Source: Octopus vulgaris
Lineage: Eukaryota
DNA: 64,000 nucleotides
Assembly (NCBI GenBank): GCA_951406725.2
Contig: OX597822.1
Span: 62,062,001-62,126,000, forward strand
Direction of reading: 5' to 3'
This document shows positions 24,198 through 36,777 of this stretch, one piece after another; position 1 is the stretch's first letter, and each line of letters opens with the position of its first letter. Below the pieces are notes generated by a model. That model saw only the letters and a program-made list of their open reading frames with translations, was not told the origin of the DNA and searched no databases. The translations under genes and the position numbers were made by a program.

Positions 24198-25429
24198 AAT
24201 CTCTCTCGGCATTACTATACATAAATGCCCCAAGAGTCCCTCCTAGCGTGTGGCATTTATGTGTAGTAATGCCCTCTATATATAATATAAATAACTATAT
24301 TTAAGAGAAAAATTTATGGTTTTTTTCTTCTTATGAGGTTTTCGCGCTAACTACTTGATAAATTCTTATAAAGATTTTATCCTATTTTAAAATTATATAT
24401 ATAGATAGATTATAACCAAGGTATAATATCTATGCAATATACTGCTTGTAGAAAACCCAATTATTAATACACAAGTGTTTTTACATTATATATTTTAATA
24501 ATTACTGGTATTTTTATATATTGTATACGTAAAGCATATTATGCTATATATGTATATATATTGTTAAAATGGTATTTTTAAAAAGATAAATAAATGGACA
24601 TAATATCATGTCTAAAAGTTGATGAATACCACCTCTTGATCTCCTCCATTTTCTTATTGCTGTGTATATATATATATATATATATATTTATACACTCACT
24701 TATAATATCATCATGACTTAATATCCGCTTCCTTGCTGGCATGGTATGCACACACACACATTTTGTGTGTACAGTTCAATGCATGACTACTATTAGTAGA
24801 CAGCTCCACATCTATTGTCCATGTTGGCATAGGTTGGACAGTTTGACCAGCGCTGGCTAGCTGGAAGGCTGTACCATACTCTAGTCTGATTTGGCATGGT
24901 TTCTACAGTTGGATGCCTTTCGTAATGCCAACCACTCCAAGAGTATAATGGGTGCTTTTACATGCCTTTGGCATGAGTGCCATTTACGTGATGCCAGTAT
25001 CTGCCATGACTACAATTTCACTTAGCTTGATGGGTCTTTCTCAAGCACAGCATAATGCCAAAGGTCTTGGTAATTTGTCATTGCCTCTGTGTACTCAGCT
25101 ATACTTCTGGTAATGATATACAGAGCATATATGGAATAAGCACTGTTTATATCATTTGTTCTCAATGTATGCTTCATCATCATGATTAATTTGCATTCTC
25201 TGTATTATTGAATGTTCCAAGTACAATTAAACGCTGAACCACAACAGTTCACCAGGGGGACACTTTATTGCATCAATATTTATTGCTTCAAATGAGGTGG
25301 CAAGCAGGCTGAATTGTTAGCACACTGGGCAAAATGCTTTGCCATCTAGAGTGGATTTAAGCATTTAAGCGGATATTTCTACAGACTTCAGGCATTGACA
25401 ATACAGTACCCCATATTTTTTTTACATTA

Positions 25430-26560
25430 AATTCTTTGAGAAACTCAGATACTAGCCTGACAAAATTAACTGCTTGCAGCAGATGTCTCATAAAATAGGA
25501 GCAATATTTAGACATAGTATGCCATTATCTTGGAGTTGGGTTAATGATATGTTATAAGATTGTAGGTAAATGCCAAAAGCATTCCTTTTACCAAGAATTC
25601 TGCTTTAGGATGTGGGGGACTAAAATAACCATTACCCTACAGTTGTGATTCAGGGCAAGAATCACTGCGAGCTTTTGCTTCGAGAACAAAATGATTTTCA
25701 AATCAATCCAACATAATGTCATTTGGTATCCAATACCTTTTCATTAGCACAATAGATCACAGGTAACTATGTCATACCTTTAAAAGTCCTTTTTACCAAT
25801 GGTCAGTAACTTGTAACTCTGTGTTTCTGTGATATTAGAGCAACCCAACACAATGATACAGTCTTGATGCTTTACAGCTTGCTTGTGATTCTCCATCTGC
25901 AGTTGCCAGAGTTCTTCTAGGCATACGTTTCCAAAACAATGCTATCTCAGTGTACCTTGTTCCTAATCGCAGCTTGGCACTGATTCTGCTATATTTATCC
26001 CAACCAGGTGACAGATTAGTGCAACTCAATCAAAGTGAAACTGAGTCAAAGGCAAAACTGAGCTGGCAGAAACATTAGCACGCCAGGCAAAATGTTTAGC
26101 GGTAATTCATCTACTGCTACGTTCTGAGTTCAAATTCTGCCATGGTCAACTTTGCCTTTCATCCTTTCGAAGTCGATTAAATAAGTACCAGTTAAACACT
26201 GGCGCTGATATAATCGATTTAATCCGTTTGTCCTTGTTTGTCCCCTCTGTGTGTAGCCCCTTGTGGGCAGTAAAGAAATAAGATTAGTGCAACTCAGTCA
26301 CTGTTGACTGTTTTTAGTTAAAACTACATCTTTGAATCAGCCCAGGGTTACCTCTCTTCAGTATTTTCCATTGAGGAAGGTTAAAGAGCAGGATATGGGA
26401 ATCAAATAGTGGGGAAGCACTGGGCAGATATAGTCTTTTTGCACCTTTTATCATAAGAGAGAATTTGTTCTTCCAATGTAACTGCAGTGAATTTGTTGTT
26501 AGAAGTTGAAATATGCCATGAATATATTTTAACTAACCTAAAGTTCATATATACATAAAT
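25430..26560 (-). mobile_element. Tigger/pogo-type DDE transposase remnant interrupted by a SINE
   Basis: Minus strand ALFWKRMPRRTLAT, then shifted frames IIVLGCSN...KLLTIGK...LPVIYCAN. SINE B insertion flanked by 16-bp TSD agattagtgcaactca (26013-26028 and 26281-26296). Confidence 0.75.
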
Positions 26561-26604
26561 ATACCTAATTAGCAGTGGAGCAAGATGTGCTGCAAGAATA
26601 GCTG

Positions 26605-26837
26605 TGAGCTGGCGAGCTGGCAGAAACGTTAGCACGCTGGGCGAAATGTTTAGCAGCATTTCGTCTGCTGTTACGTTCTGAGTTCGAATTCCGCCAAGGT
26701 CAACGTTGCCTTTCATCCTTTCAGGGTTGATTAAATAAGTACCAGTTATGCACTGGGGTCAATAAGATCGACTTAATCCGTTTGTCTGTCCTTGTTTGTC
26801 CCCTCTGTGTTTAGCCCCTTGTGGGCAATAAAGAAAT
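26605..26837 (+). mobile_element. SINE family B with 11-bp TSD
   Basis: aagaatagctg at 26594-26604 and 26838-26848. Confidence 0.85.
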
Positions 26838-26849
26838 AAGAATAGCTGC

Positions 26850-27080
26850 TAAAATAGGAACTGGCTGGAGAAGGTTCTGAGAATTGTTACTTCTGTTGCT
26901 AACGAAAGGCCTATCTCTCAAAGCTAAAGGCATATTGTATGATGTTTATATACAAACAGCCATGTTTCATGATTGTCAAACTTGGGTCATGAATGCAGAG
27001 GACATGCAAAGACTTAAAAGAAATAAAGCTAGCATCTTCAGCTGGATGTGCATTGTCAGTGTGCATAAACAACAAAGTAC
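26850..27080 (+). mobile_element. RTE-like LINE RT C-terminal remnant
   Basis: KGLSLKAKGILYDVYIQTAMFHDCQTW resembles the LINE thumb motif (K.. LY .. V ... MLYGSETW). Confidence 0.55.
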
Positions 27081-28899
27081 AATTTTGAGGTCCGTCTTCT
27101 CTACTTCATCTCATGACCTCCAAGTTCACACTTTTCCACAGGCTCCATCCATACTTAGCAATTGGCACTTTGTTATATAGGTGCCCTCAGCCATATGCAT
27201 GAGATGACTCTATCATGTGTGTGTCTTTGTGTCTGACAATCACTTGATGACCAGTGTTGATGTGTTTACATCAAGTGTGTTGAGAGAAAAACTGGCATAG
27301 GCACAAGATTGGCTGTGCAGTAAGAAACTTGCTTCCCAACCACATGGTTTTGGGTTCACTTCTACTGCATGGCACCTTTGCAAGAGTCTTCTACTATAAC
27401 TTAAGGCCAACCAAAGCCTTTTGAGTGGATTTGGTAGACAGAAACTGAAAGAAGCCCATCATATGTGAGTGAGTGAGTGTGTGTGTGTGTAAGTGTGTGT
27501 CTCTGTGTCTGACAATCACTTGATGACCAGTGTTGATGTGTTTACATTCCTGTAACTTAGCAGTTCAACAAAAGAGACTGATAGAAAAAATATCAGGCTT
27601 TAAAAAAAATGTACTGGGGATGATTCATTAAAACTAAAAATTCATGAACATGGTGCCCCAGCATGGCTACGAGGAATCAGCTGTAGTGAGCAAAAGATAA
27701 GACTGAACTGATAGAGTCATTTGATGCAGATGGATGAGGGCACCTATATAAAGTGCCAATTGCAAAGTGTGGATGGAACTTATGGCATAGGAGTGGCTGT
27801 GTGGTAAGTAGCTTGCTTACCAACCACATGGCTCCTGGTTCAGTCCCACTGCGTGACACTTTGGGCAAGTGTCTCCTACTATAGCCTCGGGCTGACCAAA
27901 GCCTTGTGAGTGGATTTGGTAGACAGAAACTGAAAGAAGTCTGTCGTATATATATGCATGTGTGTGTATATGTTTGTGTGTCTGTATTTGTCCCCCCAAC
28001 ATCGCTTGACAACCGATGCTGGTGTGTTTGTGTCTGGGCTTACAAAGAATAATAAGCCTGGGTATCGATTTAATCGACTTAAGGTGGTGCTCCAGCATGG
28101 CCACAGTCACATGACTGAAACAAGTAAAAGAGTAAGAGGGTGAACAAAGTGGACATGAGATGAAGTTGTGAAGACGGACCCCAAAATATTGAGCCTCATG
28201 GAAAGGATGACAAAAGAATAAGATAAATGATGATATGCTGTGCCTGAAGACTCATCCATCTAAGCCTTCCCTTACTCGCTCATGTGCTGGAAATTAAAGC
28301 TTTTATCATACACTTTACATTGTACCCCTACTACTGCCCTTATCTCATCCTCCTCCCTGCCCCACTCCTATTTCCTTCACTTCTATTCCCCCAAACTGAT
28401 ATTCATAGGATTCACCTCAGTTTCCATCTCTATCACACACCTTTTACACTCTAGAACACCCACCTGTTCTGTTCCTACCCACCCACTTGTTCTGTTCCTT
28501 TGTCTCTATTCTCTCTCTCATATTAACATTGAACTTCTTGGATACACCCTTGGCATCTCTCTCTCTCTCTCTCTTCTCAGATGGAAAACCCAAATATTTA
28601 CCTCTTCAGCAAGACACCTGTCCCTATTCCTCTATCACATCTTACTTATCACATCTATACTTCACTTAGTTGAGGGGGCCTTGCAAGTACTTGGGGACCT
28701 CACTAGCACTGGTGCCACAAAAAAAGTACCTTTTGCACTCTGTAAAGAGGTTGGAATTGGGAAGGGCATCTAGCTGCAAAAATCATGCCACAGTAGACAT
28801 TTTCCCAATAAAATCAGCATAGAAGAAGAGCTAGTGAATGATGCTAATAATGTATAATATTATATGTGTGTGTATATGTGTGCATGTGTGTGTGTGTAT

Positions 28900-29760
28900 A
28901 TATTGGGTCATCCCATAAATAATACGTTTTTTTTTATACTTCTTTTATTTTTAAAAATTAAGATAAACAAAGTTCCTTTTAATCTAAAATATACTCTCCT
29001 TCATTTTCTTCAATGCTCTTCCATCTATTTGGTAAACTTCCAAGGCCCCTCTTCCAAAATTCACTTGTCTGTGATGAAAAATATTCGTCCTGCACTGTTC
29101 TGACCTTGTCTAGAGAATTCATATTTTTTACCATCCAAATGATTTTGAAGACTGCGGAATAAATGATAATCAAATTAGGCAATGTCCGACAAATATGGTG
29201 AGTGGGGCATTGTTTCCCATTTAAACTGCTCCAGCCGTTGGAATGTCATCCTCACTGTATGTGGCCAAGCATTATCCTGATGGTAGAATACCTATTGTTT
29301 TGGAACAAAAGATGGTCATTTTTTTTTTTTTTAGCACAGGTATCGATGAATGGTTGGATGACCAAATCCAAGCTTCTCTGCTAGTCGCTCAACAATTATG
29401 ATGGGATTTTGTTCCACCAGGGTTTGAAGGATGTCCTCTTCGAGCTCTACAGATCTTCCAGGATGTGATAGAGGAATCGGGACAGGTGTCTTGCTGAAGA
29501 AAAGGCTCATCTTTTTGACTGTAGTTTCCAGCTTGAAATTTCTGGAACCACCATCAACACTGGCTTACGCTTATTGTCCACCCCCCCATATACTGCATTA
29601 ATATTCCTCACACTTTCCATTGCATTGTTGAACTCATAAAGCAAAATATACTGAATATGCTCCTTTATCACTTCCATGATAGATTTGAAAAAGTAACAGT
29701 TAAAATCGAACTGCACTCTTCAAAACTTGTACTAAGAATAAGTACAAGGTAAAATTATAT
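28900..29760 (-). mobile_element. Degenerate mariner element
   Basis: N-terminus MEVIKEHIQYILLYEFN and C-terminus FWKRGLGSLPNRWKSIEENEGEYILD are typical of mariner transposases; terminus tattgggtcatcccataa. Confidence 0.8.
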
Positions 29761-31388
29761 ATATATACATATATATATATATATAGAGAGAGAGCATGTG
29801 TGTATGTAAATGTATATATCTGTCGACCATTACTGTTTTTTTTCTCTGTTTTGTATAAGTCTAAGTCCTTTCACAACTGGAAATGCAGTTGGACAATTAC
29901 TGTGCAGGTGAAGGCTACTGAGCCAGTAACACGGGTCAACAACTACCCTCTTATCTTCAGACAATAAGTCTGTCCCTTTCCTTTAAGACATGTCAATTTT
30001 GGAGAAATTCTTGAATCTTCAGATTATCTCCCCTTCTCAAATGGAGCTGGTTATAACTGTTGTTTGGCAATTATGATACATCATCTAGAGGTGGAAATAA
30101 TTCTAATGAATCAAGAATTTTTGCTGTAAACAATTTAACATGCAAGTATTTCTCTATGATTTTCAAATACAAGCCACTGACCACTTTGAGGTATTTCTCT
30201 TAGTTCATTTTTGTTTATATATGTATATATGCATATATATGTGTGTGTGTGTATATATCTTTTATTCTATTACTTGTTTCAGTCATTTGACTGTGGCCAT
30301 GCTGGAGCACCGCATTTAGTCGAGCAAATCAACCCCCAGGACTTATTCTTTGTAAGCCTTACTTATTCTATCGTTCTCTTTTGCCGAACCGCTAAGTTAC
30401 GGGGACATAAACACACCAGCATTGGTTGTCAAGTGATGTTGGGGGGGACAAGCAAAGACACACAAACATATACAAACACATACGTATATATATATATATA
30501 TATATATATATAAGACCCGGCAAGACTAGTGAGACCATAACCCGTGGCCTCTACCTGGTATGTAGCCAGTCGACTTATACATACCTTTCCTTCTTGGGAC
30601 ACAAAACTCCACTTGTGAAGACCCGTTGAGGCAAGTGAAAATCAAAATCAAAATCAAAATCATAATCAAACCAAATCAAATCAGATATCAGAAAGCAGAA
30701 CCAAAATCGAAGTCGATCAACATCAATGGAAATTGCAGCTGTGATACCAGTGCCAGTGACAAGTAAGCGAACCATCCGATCGTGGCCGTTGCCAGCGCCG
30801 CCCCGACTGGCCTCCGTGCCGGTGGCACGTAAAAAGCACCATCCATTCGTGGCTGTTGCCAGCCTCGCCTGGCCCCCATGCCGGTGGCACGTAGCACCAT
30901 CCGTTCATGGCCATTGCCAGCCTTGCCTGGCCCCCGTGCCGGTGGCACGTAGCACCATCCGTTCATGGCCGTTGACAGCCTCGCCTGGCCCCCGTGCCGG
31001 TGGCACGTAAAAAGCATTATCCGTCCGTGGCCGTTTGCCAGCTCCGTCTGGCACCTGTGTGGGTGGCACGTAAAAAGCACCCACTACACTCACGGAGTGG
31101 TTGGTGTTAGGAAGGGCATCCAGCCGTAGAAACACTGCCAGATCAGACTGGGCCTGATGCAGCCTTCTGGCTTCACAGACCCCAGTTTAACCATCCAACC
31201 CATGCTAGCATGGAAAGCGGACGCTAAATGATGATGATGATGATGATATATATATGACAGATTTCTTTCAGTTTCCGTCTACCAAATCCACTCACAAGGC
31301 TTTGGTCAGCCCAAGGCTTTAATAGAAGACACTTGCCGAAGGTGCCATGCAATGGGACTGAACCCGGTGGTTCGTAAGCAAGCTACTT

Positions 31389-33094
31389 TTATTCATCAAA
31401 TTGGCCATGAAAGCTGTACACAGATAAGTAGCTGCGGGCTGGACAAGGACATTAATGTGATGAGGATGATAATGACAAAAATGGGAGGGGCACTGACCGA
31501 TTTAAAATTCAAGGAAAATTAATATACAGTAATTAGATACAGGTATAAAAATTCCAAAAATAAAAATTCGTTTTTCATTCATCTTCCTTGTCTGGGCCCC
31601 AAGTAAGTTTCCTGCCACCTGCAGGAAAGCCTGCATTGGCAGGCCCGGACGGAGGGACACAAAATCTTCATTATTGCAGCTCCTCCTGACCTCAATTAGT
31701 TCTTCTTGGATGACGACCTCTGCAGCCACCTGGGGAGGCCAACATGGACCATCTATACAGACCGAGTTGTATTATTCTCGGTCTAGAAGACTGTCCAAAT
31801 ACATCTCAACAGGCCCTCCCTTGAGGTAGAAAATGAAAAGTTCCACCTCTTCCTCACGGGGAGGGACCTCAACCTTTTCTGTCAGTGGCACAATCCCCAC
31901 TAACAGAGCTTCTCGCTCCGGTGGCACACTTTCCACCAGAGGAGCCTCGGGTTCAGTTGGCGGCACAACAACATCTGCCAACCGTCTCTCGTTTCTCTTC
32001 CTTCTCCTTTTTCTTTTTGCAGTTGCGGAAGTCAGGGACTCTATCGGCACACCCGGGAGGTTCTCCTCCTCTCCCACAAGCTGCACTTCAACTGGTGAGC
32101 AACCACCATTGCTCACCTTTCTCTTTCTTTTCATTGAAACCAACGCCTCGATGACTTCCTCCGTTTCTCCCTGCAATGGGAGAGCGGAGGGCACCTTCGC
32201 CTTTCCCTACTCCAGGACCTTGCCACGACCCCGGGGGCAGTCCTTCTTAATGTGGCCTGACTCCAGGCACGAGTGACACTTGGGGGTAGGGTGACCCTCA
32301 AGTATCACAGGATACCTTGAGTCATCCATTTTCAAAAAGTCAGGGAAAGTCATTTCACCCACGGTCACTGGGGTCCATAGAGTCAAAGTTGCCTTTGCAT
32401 CCTCCCATTCGACCGCAGGCTTTATCTCTATATGTAAGAGCCTGGGCCTACTATCCCCCAGGCTGCGCCGGATGGCATCTGCAATCCACTCTGCTTCAGT
32501 GCCCGGGGGCAGACTACATACCCAGGCCCTTATCACCTTCTTCCCACGAAATGTAGGAAGAAACAAAATCTCCTCCCCTTCCAGGGGCTGGCCTGCCACA
32601 GTGCAAGCCTCCTCAGGGGTGTCAAAAAGCAGTCACACCGTGGCATATTTGACTCCCCTGGTTACATAATAATTTTTGGCTGGCAAACATTTTGCCAGCT
32701 CTTTATTAATAATACCCTTGTCGAAGAGGGCGATGGCGTCATGCGACCTAGAATAGATGTGTAGTACCACCGTCCTCCTCTCAAGGTTTTTAATCCATTG
32801 CTTAGGTGGGACAATCTCCCACTCTAAGGCACTTTTTATATTTGCTATATTAAAAATCAGTTCAAAAGAAGAAAGTCCAAATAAATTAACAAGAAGTTCA
32901 AAAAGAAATAAACAAGTCCGTCCAAAAAATGAATAAAATATAAAATCCAAAAGAAACGCAAAAACAGTTCCAAAAAGAAAGAAAAATGGCCTTATGCTGA
33001 TGTTGTTCTTTTTTCTTCAGTTCAATATTGGACAGAGCCAACACACTCACATCCACCTCGGTTCTCTGTAAGAAGCAACAGCAACGCACGTGCC
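31389..33094 (-). mobile_element. ORF1-only non-LTR retroelement (HAL1-like) with CCHC knuckle
   Basis: 16-bp TSD cgtaagcaagctactt (31373-31388 and 33095-33110). Four listed ORFs (32950-32633, 32599-32207, 32194-31772, 31729-31502) share one frame, separated only by stops. CHSCLESGHIKKDC knuckle; AATAAA at the 3' end; no EN or RT. Confidence 0.75.
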
Positions 33095-33304
33095 CGTAAG
33101 CAAGCTACTTACCACACAGCCACTCCTAAGCCTATATATATATATGCGGATATCGAACAGTGAGAATGGGGAATGAACACTGCATTGATACCTCAATATT
33201 CTTTATTTGTGATTTAACGAGTCTACCATTGGTTTCATGCTGAAAAAATTCTTACCAATCATCAAGCCTGTCACATTGGACATTGGTAACTTGTCTCCAT
33301 CATG

Positions 33305-33340
<36 letters not shown>

Positions 33341-34257
33341 TAAAGTTTTGATTATTGAATTATATCCTCTTCCGAGGAGGCTAGATCAATCACTTGATGG
33401 CAGTTGGTATCAACACCAAATGGGAAAAGGGAGACACATGCAAAAGTTAAGTATTCTCCAAAATTTACATGCAATTAAGGAAAAGACAGTCTGATTGTCT
33501 GAAGACAAGGGAATAGCTGTAGGTACATTTTTCTTACTCAATAGGTGTCATCAGCACAGCAATTGTCCTGCCTTAGTTCAGCAAACAAGGCATATAGACA
33601 TATGCAAAGAAGAAAGAGGAAGTGAGAACACATTTATGGCCAAGATCAGTGGCAAGAAGCATGTATTTGAACAATAAAAATGAATAGGGGTACGTTAAAT
33701 AAAAGAGAAGATAAATTCTTGATGTACTGAAATTATTGCCAATTCTAGAGAGTAGATAAACTAATTGCTTTGAAGTATCTGGTATCAACTCCAGATGAGA
33801 AGGGTAGACAATTGCAAAAGTCAAGCATTCTCTAAAATTTGCATACCATTAAGGAAAAGACAGCCAGAGTTAGTAATTAATTAGTTTATCAAAAATTTTG
33901 AATGATTTGTAATTTTTAAACTTTAGAGATTAGGAATCTGGAAAAAAAAATTGAAAATATTTTGCCTCATTTCCATAATTTTTGCATTTTAGACTTCTTT
34001 TTTCAAAAATAAATACAGTAACAAAAAGGGTTAATACCTACAACTTTAATTTGGGTAATAGTTAAGAATTTTCTGTAAAAAAAGAAAGTGGTGAGAGGGG
34101 GATTCAAAATGAACCTTGCTTCAAAGCTAAATTTGTGAAAAAATTTATTTTGCTTAATTGTAATCTCCAATGTTTAGTATGAGGGTGGAGGAGACCCAAA
34201 TCTTAATAACCTCCATCAGTTTTCTCAAACTTCTGTTCAAGTTCGTCATGTTTATAT

Positions 34258-34685
34258 TCAACATAGCTGTTTGTTTGCAAGTGATGGTACCATTACTTGT
34301 CCTTTGTCTACAATTATAAGTGGTTCACCTTTATACGTAGTAATGCAGTTGTTGTTAGGTTTCATATGAGGTTTGACGAAGTCCCAAATTTTGTTTTTTG
34401 AATTGATGAGGCATTCCGGTTCACCAGGTTACTTAGCACACATGACACGGTCTCCCGGAACACTACCTTGCGGTGGTTTCAACAGTTCCACTTTGTCTCC
34501 CCCGTTGGCTTCAAGAATCATTCCTTCAGATAAGATACCACGCAGCTAAGCAGGTTTCAGGTTACATAGGAAAACACACATGCGACCCTCAATTTCGGAC
34601 AATGCAAGCGAACCGACCAAACTGGATAACATGTTTCGTGGTTTCTCCTCTCCCATATCAGCTGAAAATGATGATGATGACGATG

Positions 34686-34727
<42 letters not shown>

Positions 34728-35538
34728 TGTGCTTGAGGAAACCTATTGAGTCAAGTACATCAACATCAAAAAATCAAATGGAAATTATAGTTGTGATATC
34801 TGTGCCGGTGGCATGTAAAATGCACCATCTGAATGTGGCCGATGCCAGCGCTGCCTTGACTGGCTTCCGTGCTGGTGGCACGTAAAAAGCACCAACTGAT
34901 CGTGGCCGTCGCCAGCCTCGCCTGGCATGTAAAAAGCACCCACTACACTCACGGAGTGGTTGGCGTTAGGAAGGGCATCCAACTGTAGAAACACTGCCAG
35001 ATCAGACTGGAGCCTGGTGCAGCCTCCTGGCTTCCCAGACCCTGGTCGAACCGTCCAACCCATGCTGCATGGAAAACGGACGTTAAACGATGATGATGAT
35101 TGTGTCAGCATCAGGGTGCTTTTTAGCAGATTTGACAAATCCTACCCAAATATTTAACTTTGATAAGTCCACATCGGAGATCTTGTTGTTGGTGTTAATA
35201 GGAACAACAGGCTTAGGAGCAGCTTTCACATTTTTAACTTCGATTTCTTTCGTTGGTGATATTGTCTGGCCTGATATTTGATTTAAATTTCTTTTGTTCA
35301 GAAGAGGTATCTGCTTTATCCCATTACCGATTTCAGCGAGCAGTAACTTCTTTTTGTACTCATCTGCCTCTCTTTTTAATTGTTCATTTTCCCGACAAAT
35401 TTGTTTTTCTTCCTTGTTCATGATATTTTTCATTGCTGTACATTTCACTTCTTCTAACTGCTGTTTTAAATTAGTTAGTATTTCCACGGCATGTAGTGCC
35501 TGTTGACTAAGGTGCTGCATCGCTGATATGGCTGTCAT
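34258..35538 (-). pseudogene. AIMP1: AIMP1 paralog, disrupted
   Basis: Colinear with 39226-40101. SINE D plus microsatellite insertion at about 34661-35102 after KHPDAD; AAG>TAG stop at 34546-34548; original stop at 34258-34260. Confidence 0.9.
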
Positions 35539-36777
35539 CGTTTTGGTAAAAAATGTTATTGCTTAGAAGATAAACGTGTTAAAAAATGAAAAACAATTGA
35601 ATGTTGTTATTTAGGGTGTGAAGTAATACACTGAAATAGTTAACTCTTTTACTGCCGAAAATGAAGTTGCATAGATGCTCTCATTGTCTATCCAAGTTGT
35701 TGTTTAGCCCCAACTTTAATTCTGACAGAGCAGACTTATCCTCAGAAATGTTACAGCCATGACCTTTACATTTTTTTTCTTCAGGTATATCTAGAAGATT
35801 TAGTTACTATTTCTAGCAGGCCAAAATATCGTGACTCTAGTCTCAACATCAAATCTTGTCTGTACGCTAGAGAATCGAAACCACAAATCTAGTATGTTAC
35901 CTATCTGTGATTGCCATTTTCCCAGACATCAGTAACTAAACTAATCCAGCTCATACATGCACAAGTGGCACAATATGGACATTGAATAATCTGATCTTGC
36001 TCCAGCTCATTCTGAATGAAACACACACATCATCATTTAACACCCGTTTTCCATGCTAGTATGGGTTGAAACTGCCCAACCCAAACCAGCATGGAAAACG
36101 GACGTTAAATGATGATGTATATGTGTATATTTGTTTTTCATTAGGCAGAAAACTGCAACCAGTGTCACTCTGTTTTGGCAGGGTTCTTACAGCTGGATGT
36201 CCTTCATAACATGTTACAGAGTGGACTTTGTAATTATATATATAATCAATTGTTATTAATCCAAACAAAGGAAGGAATAGAAGAAATGGAGTTGAAAATA
36301 CACAGGGAATATATCAATTAAATTATAATTTAAAATAGAGGAATACACTTGACCGATTTGTATGTACTATAACTAAATAATCTATTTTCGTGTTCTGAAC
36401 TGCAAACATTTACATAAACGATACTGTTAAGATATTTTTAAATATAATTTATAGAATAAATACGATTAACGAAAATATGTTCAATCAAGTGTACCAAGCG
36501 CGATGTCTTATTAGCAACATTCTGCATGTGTAAGGATGGACTTGTGATTGTATTTTCGCTAATCCTTTTACTCTTTTAGTCATTTGACTGCAGCCATGCT
36601 AGAGCACCGCCTATAGTCGAGCAAATCGACACCGGGACTTATTCTTTGTAAGCCCAGTACTTATTCTATCGGTCTCTTTTGCCGAACTGCTAAGTGACGG
36701 GGACGTAAACACACCAGCATCGGTTGTCAAGCAATGCTAGGGGGACAAACACAGACACACAAACACACACATATATA

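Noticed and set aside
31772-32635. Programmed readthrough or A-to-I recoding of the three in-frame stops
   Set aside because: The stops are of three different types (TGA, TAG, TAA) and are simply explained by point decay after insertion.
33452-33866. Imperfect ~40-bp direct repeat pair
   Set aside because: Diverged, with no recognisable element between the copies; likely an old local duplication.
34661-35102. Insertion in the AIMP1 copy acting as a new intron that rescues the gene
   Set aside because: A ttttcag acceptor exists, but no in-phase donor was found, about six codons are lost, and a TAG stop lies downstream.
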